DNA from: Pelagomonas calceolata
Taxonomy: Eukaryota
DNA: 64,000 nt
NCBI GenBank assembly: GCA_918797485.1
Contig: CAKKNE010000004.1
Location: forward strand, 1,736,001 to 1,800,000
Reading direction: 5' to 3'
The position numbers and the translations under genes were made by a program. The notes below the pieces were generated by a model that saw nothing but the letters and a program-made list of their open reading frames with translations, did no database searches and was not told the origin of the DNA. Positions 14,411-29,400 of this stretch are shown here, piece after piece; the stretch's first letter is position 1, and every line of letters begins with the position of its first letter.

Positions 14411-17400
14411 CTATAGTGTATGGTGTGTAATCGGTAGCCTGTCTACTTGCAAAAACACAGGTATAGCGCCTGATCCCGAAACAGCAGTGCCTGTCGTCAA
14501 GCTGAGGGCTCCGCTGCTACCTGCGCTCGTCGAACCTGTTTTGAGAGCAACAGCGCCACTTGCTCCGGTGTCCGATCCCGCAGCCGCTGTTGCCATGACG
14601 AGATTACCACTATCGCGGTCTACTCCCTTTCCCGTGGCCACGCGGACGTTGCCACCACTGCCGCACACAGTTCCACCGCCATCTACTGATATCATGCCAG
14701 CACGATCAGAAAGCGCTGCAATCCCGGCTAGAATACGAAACGAACCACCGGCTTGTGCAGCGCCGGTTGCCATGCATAGGCACCTGCGGGAAAATGGCTG
14801 TTAGGCAAGATGGAAGGCAGCATATTCTTATATACTCACCCAGAATCGCCGCGACACGTAGTGCCCGTGGCAAGTTGTAGCGCACCGCTATCGTCCTCGT
14901 CACCTGAATCAGCTGTGCGTAGCACAAGATGTCCGCTACCAGATGAGGTTCCCTGGCCCGTGGTAATATTTACCTATGATGTTCAATTAATCACGCCACA
15001 CGACTCAGATTCCAGATGGAAACACGGCGCTGGTGAGAGACATCGCCCCCTGGGTAACCCGGTCCACCAACGAGCGTCAAGGCGCCGCCTTCGTCTCGGT
15101 CGCCGCCAGAAGGGCAACAGAGCGCAATTTCACCTCCACTTGCCCGAGTTCGTGCTGATGTGTCACCGGCTGCAACACACAAGTCTCCAGCTGAGCCACC
15201 GCGCGCAGTTCCGACGCAGAGAGTCAAGCGCCCGCCTGTTGCCCCCTCGCCGTCTCCCGATCGCAAGTTGACAACTCCTGAGTTACCGTTTGACGATGTT
15301 CCGGAACCAAATCGTAGCATCCCTGAGGTACCTTCGCCCTCGACTACATTCGAACTCAGGAGCACTGCACCGGACGTGTCGCCGTCTCCGCCTTTCGCAC
15401 CAAGGTTGCCTCCAATTGCGATTGTCGCGATGCCGCCCGTGACTCTCGCTGCGCCACCAATAGTGCTTGGACTTGCTGAAGCTGTGGATAGCGCTGCTCC
15501 GGCTTCGAGGATCACGATGCCTGCGGCGTTGCCACGGGTCGCTCCAGCTGCAAGACTTGCGTTTGCGCCGTTTCCCTCGTCGCTGTGTCCGGCGGCAAAA
15601 GTAGCAATACCACCCGGGCCCTTGTATCCATTGCCAGCTTTTATCCGTGCCATGCCTCCACGTGCTCCATAGCCCGCCAATGCAATGGCATCTCCAGGAT
15701 GTCCACGGCGACTTGCCACACTGCTTGACCCGATCTCAATTGAACCGCCACCACTTCCCGCTGTGACAAAAGTAGTCCCTCCACGGCCGTCTGCTGGCCC
15801 GCCTGTTCCCAGGCGAGCAGAGCCTGATGATGCGCCTAAAAGTGTATCCGACAAGTCAGCAGAGCCACTAGTCAATTCTGCAGCACCGCTATTTCCGCTA
15901 GCGGCGGCTGCTTTGAATGAAATACTCCCGCTCGCGGCATCTGCACGTCCCGCGCCAGATGCAAATAGGGTGGACCCACCACGGAACGTACCTTTTCCCC
16001 CGGCCATCATAACGCAGCCACCACATGCACCGCCGTCGCCGAGGCACGCACTTGTGCAAGTGCTTTGACCGGCACGAAGAAAAAAGGTGCCCGATGGCGC
16101 TTGCATCTCCGTAGTGTCGCCCGCATTCGCAACAATGCACCCTTTAGCTTCATTCCCCCCCGATGGACTGCGGCGGACTCCCACCCCCCCCGCGCGAGCA
16201 CACGCACTTTTTCTTGCGGACATTGTGATGTGACCGACATCTGAGGCTGCACTAGTCTCAAGAGTAATCGCGCCACCCACAAGTGCAGCTACACCTAGAG
16301 AACCGCTATTTCCCCGCTCACTTTCTCCGCTTACTATGGTCACAACACCACTGACTTGTCTGCCACCGACGCCGCTGACGAGGCTAACAGTCCCACCATT
16401 TGCGCATGAAGATAAACCCGCGCTAAGGCTCGAGGAGCCACCTAAGTCCCCTGCCATTCCAGCATGTACCAGCGCACCCCCCCCCAGATCGCTAGCGCTA
16501 CCTGCTTGACACCCAACCTGGCGACCAGGGGCGCTGCCGCCGCCGCGACCACTAATCCTGACTCGACCGCCGATGGTGCCGCACCCTGCACTAAGTTGCA
16601 AGTCTCCTCCAGACATTGCAGAGCCTCCTTCGATGGTGACATTACCGCTCGAGTCACGAGCACATCCTGCCGCAAGACACAGTGCCCCAGAGGCACCGAG
16701 CAACGGACAGCCTGTGCCGAGGACAGCAGACCCGGAGCTACCCTGCTTTGCCTCGCCGGTCTGTATGGCGCAGTTTCCTGTACCACCACCGCAAGATCCT
16801 GCGGCAGGCGAACGTATGGCAGCGCAGCCGCTCCATGCATTATCACCGCCGCCTGTGCTCAGCACAACATGACCGTCCCCGTCTTGCCCACACTTACCCG
16901 CAGAAATGTTCGAACTACCGCCGTGATAGTTCGACTGGTCACCTCCTAAGAGCAGAATTGCGGAACCGATAGCAGTATGCGCGTTTGACATGCCCGTCAG
17001 AGAGATACTCCCGCCACCTGCGAGGTGACCTGACGTACCCGAACATAGATAGATTCTTCCAGCACGTTGCGCAGCGCCGGTACTGAAGGTACCTACGCCC
17101 GAATTGCCGCCTACGGAGCAGTCACCTGTCGAGACAAAAGCATGGCCGCTCGCAACATTGGCAGCCGTGCTGAGCGCAGCACTCCCTCCAGGCCCGGTCC
17201 CGATGACAAAGTTGCCAGCTGCTGAATCAGTGCTGGCACCAGCATAGAGTCGATGACAGCCCCCGCCTTTGCCTGCACGGAGGGTTGCAGTAGCGCCACT
17301 GCCTTGGGTCGAATGGCCTGCTGAGACTAGCATTCGTCCACTCTGATCGCGGGTAGCTGACCCGCCCATCGCACTGAGATCTCCACTATCTCCCGCGGCT

Positions 17401-20400
17401 TGCCCACTTCTCACGAATACGGCACCGCCTGAACAACCCTTGCCAGCAGCTAGTCCCAGCTTACCACCAATGTCGCCTTCGCCAGAGTCGAACCCCAGGC
17501 AGCCCCCGTTGAGCCCCCAACCGGAGGAAGCCCTGAAGCCTGGACCCCGATCACCCTGGCCCGTGCGAAACGACACGGCGCCAGATGCTTCGCCACTTCC
17601 CTCCGTTGCCCCACTCCGCAACAAACAGCGCCCGCTCTCTGCTTCACCAATGCCAGTTGCGCTCGTCATTAATATTCTCCCACGGCCATGCCCGTTCGCC
17701 ATCGCCCCTCCAGTTCTGACGCACGTAGCTCCACCAACCTTTGCTGACGAGCCTGCCAATAGAGAAATGGACCCACCGTCACCCCGTCCAAGGGCTCCAC
17801 CAGCTAGTGCCACTGCGCTACCGCCACCCTTCTGCGCCTGCCCCGCGCAAGTGACGACAGCACCGCCAGTATCGACGGCCAGTCCAGAGCTTAGCACGAC
17901 GCTGCCTCCTCTCCCGGCTCTACCAGCACCCGTCAGAATGGCCAATCTGCCAGATGCGCCTCCAAAGTCAGTGCCTGTCATCAGGTCTATCTCACCGCTG
18001 CAAAGCGCACGACTCGTTCGCAGGGCAAAATTTCCGCTATGCGCTGTGCCCGCCCCGGCGATCATCTGGATACCGCCACCGTGACCGTCTCCAGAAGCGG
18101 CGCCGGCAGTCATGACGAGCCCCCCGCCGGTCGCCAAGCCCGCGCCCGCAGCAAGTTCCAGTTGGCCACCATGACTTGAGGCTGTCTCTCCGCCAGAAAG
18201 CTGTGCCTGGCCACCCAAACCCGAGGTGGAACTGCCAGCATTAAACGTATTACTCATTGGCTTTGCTACAGTGTTGCCAGCAGTAATTTGGCCATCTCCA
18301 CCGCGAGTCCCTGAACCTGTGCGAGCTAGTAGCATACCCGCACGAGCCGTGGCCATGTCATCACCGAGGCTAGGGTTGTGACCAGCAGCGGCGATCAAGG
18401 GACCTGAGGATATTTTGCTTGGCCCAGAAAAGAACACGATGTCTCCCATACATCCGTTGCTACTTTGGCCCGTGACGCAGCTGATGCCGCCAGAAGAACC
18501 AATGCGGTGGCCAGTGTATATCCCCAGGCACCCGCCATCGTTTGTTGGCGTCGCTGCTGTGCGCATGTGTATGTTGGCGCGATGTGAATTTGCCGTCTGC
18601 GCTCTCGTCCGAACGATGAGCTCGCCACTACCGGGCACGCCGGTCCCTCGACCAGAAACAAGGTCAAACTTTCCACCGTTGTCCATGCCCGTACCTGCAA
18701 AGAGTCGTGCGCTCGTCCCAGTAGATTCTGTGCTGAGCTGGCAAATTTCGGCTTGACTAGACTCGAGACCAACACTACCACCGTCGTTGAGCATCGACGT
18801 GCCCACACTGATGCAAGTTAGGCCGCCACGTCCACTAGCCCCGGCACCAGATGACATGTCGAGCTTGCCCACACTAGGAGCAGCTCCCGTCGAAGTCACT
18901 ATATTCCCGGAAGCCTCGGCCGTAGACGATGTGACACCAAATTGACCGCTCACACCCAAGGTGCCTTGTCCAGCACCCATTACTATTCCTCCTCCAAGTG
19001 CTAAACCTTGCCCAGTCTGCGTGCCTCCTACTATCATCGTTGTACCTCCTTTAACGCCAGATATTTTAGCGCTGCCGCTGACAAGGCAGAGGGCACCACC
19101 GACAGACGCGCTCTTGCCCGCTCGACAAGTGACTCCTCTGGAAACACCAAACGACGTGGGGGGTGAGTGTACTGCGTCAGCACCGATATTCATGTCGCCG
19201 CTAATTGCGCCGTTTCCACTTGAGAATACGCAGCTCCCACCTGTTGAGGCCGCGGCGCCAGAGTAAAGTCCAACGCTTCCTGGGCGCATGTCTGGTCCAC
19301 AAGAACTCCCAGCCTTAAGTGAGACGTTTCCACTGCCGCTACCCGCATATACATCACCAGAACTGATGCGGATTGTGCCGGTCATGCCGCTGGCAGCCGC
19401 TGCTTTGAAGTGCACTGCTCCAGATCCTCGCGTCAGCGTCGATCGTGTCTTGATATTTAGGGCGCCCGTGCCGCCAATTGAACTTCTGCCACTCGAAATG
19501 CCAATAGAGCCACTTACTGTTTCGCCTGTAGCTGCGCTCAGGTGTAGCACCCCACCACGCGACAGCTGGCCGTTGCCAGCCAACAGTCCAACTCGACCGC
19601 CAATGTCAGCCGCACCAGCAGTGACACGTAGCAGCCCCGCGGCCGCGGCGGCACCTCCGGCGTAGATATTGGTGTTTCCACCGGTGATTCCTCCGCTGCT
19701 ACTGCCGCAACCGAGTCCCGCATCGCCGACGATTTGAGCACAACCAATCCCGAGTTTAATCATGCCAGAAGACCCAACAACTGCACATCCCGATTGGCAC
19801 GAAGCTGATCCCGACGTATATGTGGATTTAGATGTAACCGCAGACATGCGCCCTGATTTCGTGGTCCCCTTGCCACTCTGGGCACAAGCACTCGCTCCCG
19901 GTCCGTATGCGGATGAACCGCCGAGTAACTCAATGCGCCCGCCATATTCCCCACCAGAACCGGCTACCATGACAAGCGGGCCAGCTGCCTGAGCAGCGTC
20001 ACCGGTTGCAATCCGCACAGCCCCCCCACTGGACATCAGACTGAGGCCCGCAATGAGCGTGATATTGCCCGCCTTGAGGCTACCCTGTCCGCCGCAAAGG
20101 TGTATCCCCCCGCCCCTATGGGTACCTCCCCCTCCAAACAAAGACGCCGAGCCACCATTCGCACCCGTGCGCGCAGCCAGAGAAAGCCGCACATTGCCAC
20201 CTCCCTTGCCCGTTGCGTGGCCAGCAGAAGCTCGAATGTTACCTGACAATGAAGCTGCCGAGCCTGTGGAGACTCGAATTGCACCCGTATCTGCAACTGT
20301 GGCTTCAGTTACCACTAGAATATCCCCGCTTTTATCCCTGGAGACTCCGCCCGTCGTCAAAGCAGCTGGTGCACCAATCTCACTTCCAGCTCCTGTTTCT

Positions 20401-23400
20401 AGTTCTATCTGTCCCCCGTTTTCAAAACCATTGCCGCTACGCATACATATTGCGCCGCCTCCTCGTCCACCGTTGATTTGGGCATCACCCGCGGCTGAGC
20501 CAGTGCCACCAGTGCCGGTTCTCAACAAGACGCCGCTTGCGGCTGACCCATCACCAGAGCAGAGCATAGTCGGAGGTATCGCATAGTCTGAAGAGGAGGA
20601 ACTTAATTCAAGAAGACCGCCACCACGAGAGACTAAGTCAATGCGTCCTGAACCAACGTTCGATCGACGCGTTTGCAAGAATGCACCAGATTCTTCTCCG
20701 GCTACCGCCCTGAACTCGTCGTCTGCGTATGCCACAGTGGTGCCGCCGTACGGAGCTGAGCCAGTGGCATCATGCCCAATCGTCACACATCCCGTTGCCG
20801 GCGAACCACAACACAAGGACCCACCACCGGTGCCCCCACCTGCCTCGATGCGTGCAGTACCACCTACCAAAGAGCCAACGCCAGCAAATGCTAGCGCTGC
20901 GGCCCCGTGATATTTACCTCCCCCTGCGGCGAAGCACACACGCCCCCCCAGGCCACTGGTGCCCATCCCGCTGCTGCACACCAGATTATTTACACGGTAG
21001 GCATGACCGGTATTCAAAACGCATGCGCCACTGGCGCGTGCTGAGCCAGTGATCATGTAAACGGAACCCGAGTTGCCCTCTGATGATATACCCGTCTTCA
21101 GATCGGCGGTCCCAGAGGCCCACGACGTCGCAGTCCGGGCAGTAAGACTTCCGTCACTGCAACTAGAAGTATAGCACACGTGTTTAGCCTGCAGTGCACC
21201 TATTAGGTCGAGAACTAAACCCTGTTTGTCAACTTTGAACATCTGATCTAGTGAGAAGGCGCCGTCTTCGTAGTTGGACACACCCACGTGAACACCTAAA
21301 GAGTCGACGTGGTGGAGCTCCTGCGCAATCACACCACGAGCTGAATGGCCCCTGTCGATTCCGCGAAGGGATGCCCACGCCTCTGAATACTTGTAAGATG
21401 CTAACGGCACTCTGGTGAAGCCTTCGTACACTGCCCCGAGGTTGACGTTATACCTGCAGCAGCACAATCAAGAAGGTTTAGGAGCATTAATCAGTAAATG
21501 ACCCGCGCTTCGTCCGCATGTTATTCAGGACGCTGGAAATTACGAGATGTCGCGCTTGATGCGGCTGTCAGATGAGTACGTCAATTCTGTCATTCTTAGT
21601 GGAAGACAGGCCACCGCAGAAGCCCCGTCCCCTTCTTGACGAAGGTCAAACTTGGTACCACAAGCTCGATCGTTGATGTGCATTGAAATATGGCTACGAC
21701 TGTCACCGAGTTCAATGCTATTGACGCGGTGATGATTCGACCTCGAAAAAAAACGAGCTCCTTGCAATTGGATTTTCGCATCATCAATAGTCAGCGATGA
21801 CGTCCCTCGCGCGAGGGTGACATGACCCACACCACCACAATGTCCAAGGCCAGAGCGGACGGCGACACACCCGCCTTCGCCACCAGAGAGGATGTCAACA
21901 TTACTGCTGGAGCCCGACTTGCCCGCGCCAACTATGACAGAGCCACCGGTTGAGCTATACGCACGCCCAGCGTCCAACAAAGTTGCGCCATTAGCTGAGT
22001 GGCCGGATCCGGCAGCGACCCAAAATGAACCGCCAGTCTGACCATCGCCACTGTAAAATGTGCAGTCGCCGCCCGCCACGCCACTACCAGCGCAAAGACT
22101 CGACATACCACCTCCCTGGGTATCGGAGCTCCCCGTTAGTATATTACACGCCAAAGCAGTCGCTGCATGCCCCGTGCCCAGGCGCACGGGGCCCGACGTC
22201 CCGCTGGCCGCTTTTCCGCTCGACACGCGAGCGCTACCGCTGTTTCTCATGCCTGTGCCACTGCCGATCGCGACGCTACCACTCGAAGCTGTGCTGCTAG
22301 TGCCCGAGGACATGGCGACGGTTCCCCCTGGAGCCTCCCGACCGTTACCTGCCGCGAGCTTGAGATCTCCGCCTTGACGGCCATGGCCGGCTCCGCCACC
22401 AATACACCCACCTGCGCCACTGTGAGGAGTTCCGCTTCCAGCACGGACCGCGACGCCGCTCCCGTCGACGTCAAACGACGAGCCGCCGCAGAGATTCACC
22501 GCGCCAGCTCTTCCGGCCGCACCACTTCCTAGATGCACACATCCACTCGTAAACGTGGTCGCAGGCTGCGATGCTACGTTTATACGCCCGCTGGTCTGCT
22601 CGGCGTCCTGGAAGACCGTGCACAGTCCAATAGTTCCGCTTCTTTGGCAATTGGCACCGCTCATTGCAATCGCAGCCCCGCCCCTCTTACCTTCGCTTGA
22701 ACCCGCATGGCCGCTCAACGTCGATCCAGAGTCTCCAGATACTAAAAGACAACCAGCTTCGCCATGCAAAGATGTCTCGCCGGCACAGAAGGAGATACTC
22801 CCCGCACGCATCTTTGCCTCAGCCCCAAGCAAATGGATGGCGCCGCCAATACGTCCGCTACCACTTCTCATTTTTATGCTGCGCAAATTGTCGCCTGCTG
22901 TTGAACTCACACGCACGCTTCCCCCCGTGCTCAAGAAGCCCCTCCCTGTAGATAAGCAGCAGCCATTGACATTGGCATCGTCCCTCGAACTACCAGTCGA
23001 AATGCATGTGGGGCCGCTCGAGTGAGACCGACCGCTGCTTACGTACAAATCTCCTGTCTCTCCGACTTTCGTTGAGGATGCTCCACTCAAGACGCCGATA
23101 GTGCCAGAGTCGCCACGAGCGCTCTCGCCGCCACAGATTACCAAGCACGAGCCGATAGCGTCACCGTTCCCCGCACTGGCAATGAAGTTTCCTCCTCGAT
23201 GGGTGCTATGAACCGCCTCTCCAGCGCCAATTCTCACACCACCACCTCCACCGTCTGGGTTTGCACCGCCGCCACGCAGTAGAACAGAACCGCCAGATCT
23301 GGCTGCTCCTGCACACCCGTCAATTTCACCTGGAGTGTAGGCCGTGCTCTCGGTCTTTAGGAATATCATGCCAGGTGCAGTCTGGCTTCGGCCGGAAGAG

Positions 23401-26400
23401 ACAAGCACTGCCTGTGCTGCATTTATAGAGGTAGAACCCCCTGATGACATTTTGCTCCGACCACCCCCCACCACCAACTCGCCACCGGTTTGTGAGTTCC
23501 CAGTCCCCGCGCCCACAAGCAACGGCCCGTCTCTCTGCTGCCCAGAACCAGAACGCAATGAGGGGGCGGCACCAACACCCCCTCGACCAACGAGTGATCC
23601 TCCCGCGCAAATCTGGATGCTTCCTCCAAGGACTGATCCTCGACCTGCTAGTTGCACCAAGGTGCCACCCTTTGCACCAGCACCGCTTGAACCAGCCTCA
23701 ACTCCTACACCGCCTCCCTCGCCCACTAGCGCAGTACCTGCATTCAAGTTTACTTGTCCGCTTCCGCCAATACCACTCGACCCCGTGCTAAAGAAACCGT
23801 GGCCAGATCTATTGTGGCGGTTTTCTCCCTTTGTCTGTATGCAGTAGTCCCCGGACTGGTGCCTTAAGCCGCTTCCTCCTGCTATCTTGATAGCCCCACT
23901 CATGTGACCAGTGGCTGTCTTTATCAGTGCCGTGCCGCTAGCTCCAGTCTCGCTCTTGCCGCTGCAAAGACGCACATCGCCGCCCGCCCCCCGTGTCCCA
24001 CTACCGCTCAACACTCGAGCTCCTCCGCCAGTGGATCCAGCACCAGCAGTAGCCCGGATAAGCCCAGCACTGGCAGCGCCTGATCCTGATCGTAGGCAGA
24101 GTTTCCCCCCAGCGTCGAACCGGGACGCATACATGAAGGCCGTTATCGAGCCTGTTGTCTGGCTGTTGCCACTCTTAAGCTCTAGGGACCCCCCGACCTC
24201 ATTTTGCGGACGGACCTGACCCGACGTAATGCAAATGCCACCGCTTGTCTCATCTTCTTCTCCCCGATAAGTGTTCGTTGTTGTCAATGCAATTGCATCA
24301 TCGCTACTGTCGCGACCAATCCCAAGCAACTTTATGTTACCACCGATTCCGTTTATGCTGTGACCTGACTCGAGTATTAGCATGCCACCCTCACCAGCAT
24401 TGCCGGCCTTCATGCCAATCGAGCCGCCCGCACCGGCGTTGCCCGCGGACGCGCCTCCACTCTCCAGCAATATTACCCCAGGGACAAATTCCGAGGCCCC
24501 TCCATTCAAGAACACGTCCCCGCCAAATTCGCCAGTTCCACCGTGTGCACAGACCTCACCTTTGCCATGAATCCTCATCGCTCCCCCAACAACAGCTGCC
24601 CATGGACTAGTTGTGCTGCCACTTGACTGCCCAACACGCAATGCCATTTGAAAGTTGCCGCCTCCTTGCGACAGACTTGGTTTTGTCTGCAAGCTCACAT
24701 GGCCAGAAGTCTCAGATAGTCCACTGGCCACCAACACCCGCCCACTTTTCTCAATTCCGGGATGGATCTCCGAGCCGCCACTCTTGAAATGCACCTGGCC
24801 ACCTGTGGTACTGGCTGTACTCGAATCTGCTCCGAAGCACACGCCGCCACCCTCGGATATGCTACCTGCACCTCCCCTGACGTAAATATCGCCACCACCA
24901 GACAAACAGCTTTTACCTGCGTGAACATCTGCAGATCCACCGCGCCAACTCCTCCTGGGCCCGCTTCCTGCCGAGGCCACAATCGCCCCCCCCCGACAGC
25001 ATTCGCGTCCAGACACAATGCCAATGTGCCCAGCTTCTCCAAATGGGACATTCCCGGTCTCCATTTTCACTGAGCCCGAGTCTCTGCTTTGATTTGTGAC
25101 AACATTGAGTTCAGCGGAGCAGCCGGCAATTGTCCGAAGCAAGCCACCAGCAAAGGATGCGCTGTTTCCCCCGCGGAGCTGCACATTGCCGCCAGAGCCC
25201 CGACAGCAACTAAAAGCTGCCCAGAGACGAAGGTGACCCGCTGACTTTCCAGGGGCACTGGCGACATAGATATCGCCGCCTTGCGATCCATCAGAAAGAC
25301 CCGCGTCCAGTTTTACCCGCCCCGCAGCGGCCCAGGCCCCAGACCCGCCGCTGACCGATACCATACCGCCAGACAGCCCGCGCCCGCCGAAGACATTTCC
25401 GGTACCACCTTGTCCGTCTGGCGTTTCAAAGCGGGGGATCGAACCAGCGCCCAGAGATAATAATGGAGATGCTCGATCACTGCCGACCCCGCCATCCACG
25501 GTGATTGCCATGCAGCCGGAAGCTCGTGTCGAAACGCCGGTACCCAGGCGCACGGGGCCGGACGTCCCGCTGGCCGCTTTTCCGCTCGACACGCGAGCGC
25601 TGCCGCTGTTTCTCATGCCTGTGCCACTGCCGATCGCGACGCTACCACTCGAAGCTGTGCTGCTAGTGCCCGAGGACATGGCGACGGTTCCCCCTGGAGC
25701 CTCCCGACCGTTACCTGCCGCGAGCTTGAGATCTCCGCCTTGACGGCCATGGCCGGCTCCGCCACCAATACACCCACCTGCGCCACTGTGAGGAGTTCCG
25801 CTTCCAGCACGGACCGCGACGCCGCTCCCGTCGAAGTCAAACGACGAGCCGCCGCAGAGATTCACCGCGCCAGCTCTTCCGGCCGCACCACTTCCTAGAT
25901 GCACACATCCACTCGTAAACGTGGTCGCAGGCTGCGATGCTATGCATACAGCGCTCTTCTTGCCATAGCCATTAATGGCGACTTCACCTCCATGCGTCCC
26001 TCCCGAGACTACTGCGCTGCCACCTGGACCGCACCCTTTCGAATTACCACTCAGGATGGAAAGTGTAGCTTCGGACGGTCGCGAGCAACCTAGGATACTT
26101 ATTGAGCTCGACTCACTCCGATTGTGCGGTTTCGATGCTCGAAGGTAAATTGAGCCCGCCTGTGCATCTTTGGGGGCATCCGCACGCCCGGACGACATGA
26201 GAGTGTTGGCTGCTTTGCTCATAATATCAACATCTTCATTTGCCCGAAGGACTACTTGTGTAGATCTGGATTTTATATGGCCGAAACCGGACCTTAGAGC
26301 AACGTCTCCCGCTCTGGACGTGTGAGAGCAGTGTGACCGTATAACCACAGCACCCGAGTTCAAATTTCCTCGGCCAGAACCTAAGCTTATGTCACCACTT

Positions 26401-29400
26401 TGCAGCGACCCAACCTCAGTACCCAGAGTAACACTGGCGCCAAGGAGGTCGAAAGAACCGCTATTCATCTGGCCGTTTCCAGCCGTAACCGTTGCTTCGC
26501 CGCCGTTGGGAGAGGAACGGCCCGCCGAATATCCAATATCACCACCTGCGCATACTTCAGAACGCCCAGAGCCGCAAACGACGTCACCACCGGTCGCGAC
26601 GTGCCCTCGACCAGATAGCAAAGTCAAAGACGCCCCATTATTCCGCGCACGACCAAGAACCACGCCGCAGTTGTTCAATTCAGCAACTATTCGACTGCTA
26701 CGATAGCCGCCACCAGCATTTAGCGCAAGGCAGTCATTCGCAGAAATGGCCAGGGCCCGTTCGCCAATCCCCGCACAAAGCCTTGCCTCCCCGGCAGTTC
26801 GTGCGTTGTCACTGGTCAACAGATCAATGCTGCCGCCACGTATTCCACTTGCAGCATCGCCAGCACGAAAGTGTATGCCACCAGACGACGCATCTGAGGC
26901 GCAACCTGTCTCAACGGAGAGGTCGCCACTATGGGCGTGATTATCCGAGCGAACTCGCAGGTTCGAAGAGGCGCGATCGCTTCCCATTTCGACTCGATAT
27001 CGTCCAGCCTGTGCCTGAAGGCCGGCAATAGAGTCCAGTGCAAGCGACAATGTATTTATCTGATGAAAGTCTCTCATTTCCATGTCCGTATCGGGTAAGG
27101 AGCACGAGGGAAGTACGTCGACGTGTTCTGGGAAAACGTTGCGTAATTCCTGTGCAATAAGTCCGCGGACCAAGGTTTCGTTGCAGGCATGCATAGAACA
27201 CCACGCGTTAGCATAACCATATGTCTGGAGCCCAACTTTTCCGAGCCGCCTGTGAATGTCATCTATATCAGCGGCAAAAAGATCCTTTTTAATACGTTGG
27301 TCCGATCCATCGGTCGCGTCGGGTGTATTCACGTTCACGTCCGATATCAGTTCTATAATACCACTTTCGTTTTTCTCGAGACGTACACGCTTGGCTCCAA
27401 TTCCAAATCCGATGCATCCATCTAAAGAAATTATTCCAAGCTCGCCTTTTGTACCAGCAATAAGCTCAACGTCACCCTGACTCAAGCACGCTTCCGCTGA
27501 TTTTTCATCCCCTTTCATTCCTTTCATCGAAAGAGTACCCGTGTCGCCAGTGGCGCACAGAGCGTCGCCAGTTGCGCTTGCCTCCGAGTCACGCATTCCC
27601 GTGGCGGTGGCACTGCCATGGCCAGAGCTAGCGCCAGAGCTTGTGCCTGTTTGAAGACTAACTGTGCCACCTTTCCCTGCGGAATTGCCAGTTAATATGC
27701 TGACAATTCCTGTGTCTGCTGACGATAAAGAGTCCGAGGTTGCAACGGTCACAGCTCCCGTGGCACCGCCTTCTGTTTTCCCGGATGACACGTTTACCTC
27801 CGGCGCAGTCGTTTTTTTTCCAGCGCGCATGTCAATGATACCACCGTCGCCAACCCTCAATGTCCCAACGTTATTCGCAGCGCCAGTCATAACGATTATG
27901 CTGTTTCCCGATGCAGCACGGGCCTCCCCGCCGGTGCCGCTCTTGGCTGCGGCCGCTGCAACGCGCACATTGCCGCCTGTGAAAAGCATACTACCGCCGT
28001 GACCTTCCTTTGAAACGTTTGCGCAACACAAACATGCTGCGGCCTCGGTACCACCAGTGATGGCTATATCACCATCAGGACTCGACTCTATCACGGCCGA
28101 CGCACTGGCAGCATCGGACTCGCCCATGGCCATTTTCACGCAGCCACCATGAGTTTCTGCATCACTAGTTCTTAGTGTTGTCCGTCCCTTAGCCCCTGCG
28201 CCGACTCGGACAGCACCAGCTGTCGTAATGATTCGAGCGGCACCGCCTGTCCCGGCACAAGAGCTTCCGCTCGAAACAAGAACTCCGCCGCATGAAGCTA
28301 CACTTACGTTGCCTCTCTTTTCTACCGTGAACTCTATGTCTCCCGCAACACGCGAGCTCCCCGTTTCCACGAAGACGGCACCTGCTCTGCCCGCGGTCCC
28401 GGAGCCCATGCGTAACTTGCCCGTAGCTCCAGATGCTGTCTGAGATTGTATTGAGACGCCGCCGGTCAGAGCCGCATCGCTAGTGCCCGACATGAGCTGA
28501 AGGGCGCCTCCAGTGACCTTTTCTGTGGCCCCGGCGCCCAACGCGATCCCAGCAGCCCCAACGCCCGATTGGCCACATGCAAGGCTTAAACCGCCTGAAA
28601 CGTAAGCAGAATTACCAGTTGCAAGAAGAACCGCCCCGGACCGTTTTTGTCCTGTCCCAGAACGCACAAAGATGCGGCCGGAATTTCCCGTGGTAGGACC
28701 GTTGGACGTCTCAATGTTCACGTCCCCACCAAAATATCCCGATGCACCCGAAGCGGCTGACAGGTGGATAGATCCACCCGAGTCGACGCGTGAAAACCCG
28801 GCAGCGAACGAGGCGCTGCCACCACAAAAAGTTGAGTCATCGCCCCCAGTGACCTGCGAACAACAAGGATAATAAAGAAAAAGGTCAAAGACGCGGCAAA
28901 TCAGGTGGTGACATTATGCGTAGCGCCAGCCGTTACACAAATGGATGCGCCTTGACCTACCTGAGACCGACCAGCAATGAGGGTGAAGTTCCCTCCACAT
29001 GTTCCATTTCCCGTCTCTAGGGAGAAGGTGCCAGAATTTAAAGCTTGCGCGACGTTTGTGCTACTCCCCTTGTCTGTCGCCAGGAAAATATATCCCGACG
29101 TGCCCTCCTCCAAGATCTCACCTTGACACGCACCTGAAATCAAGGCCATACCCTCTGAGGCACCTGCGTTTCCAGTGGCGGAAGCCGGATTCCACAAGCC
29201 TCCGTTAAAGCGAACATTTCCGCCACATGCGCCGAACGTCGTATTGCCTATGCAGACCGCAACCGTTCCCGTCGAAGCAGAGCTCGATGCTCCAGTAGAT
29301 AGAATAGCGTCGCCAGATGTGGGAGGTGTACTGCCAGTTGCACATGCCAGCAAGCCACTCGACGCGGCATCGCCTGTCGAGACCCGTGCGGATGCATTCG

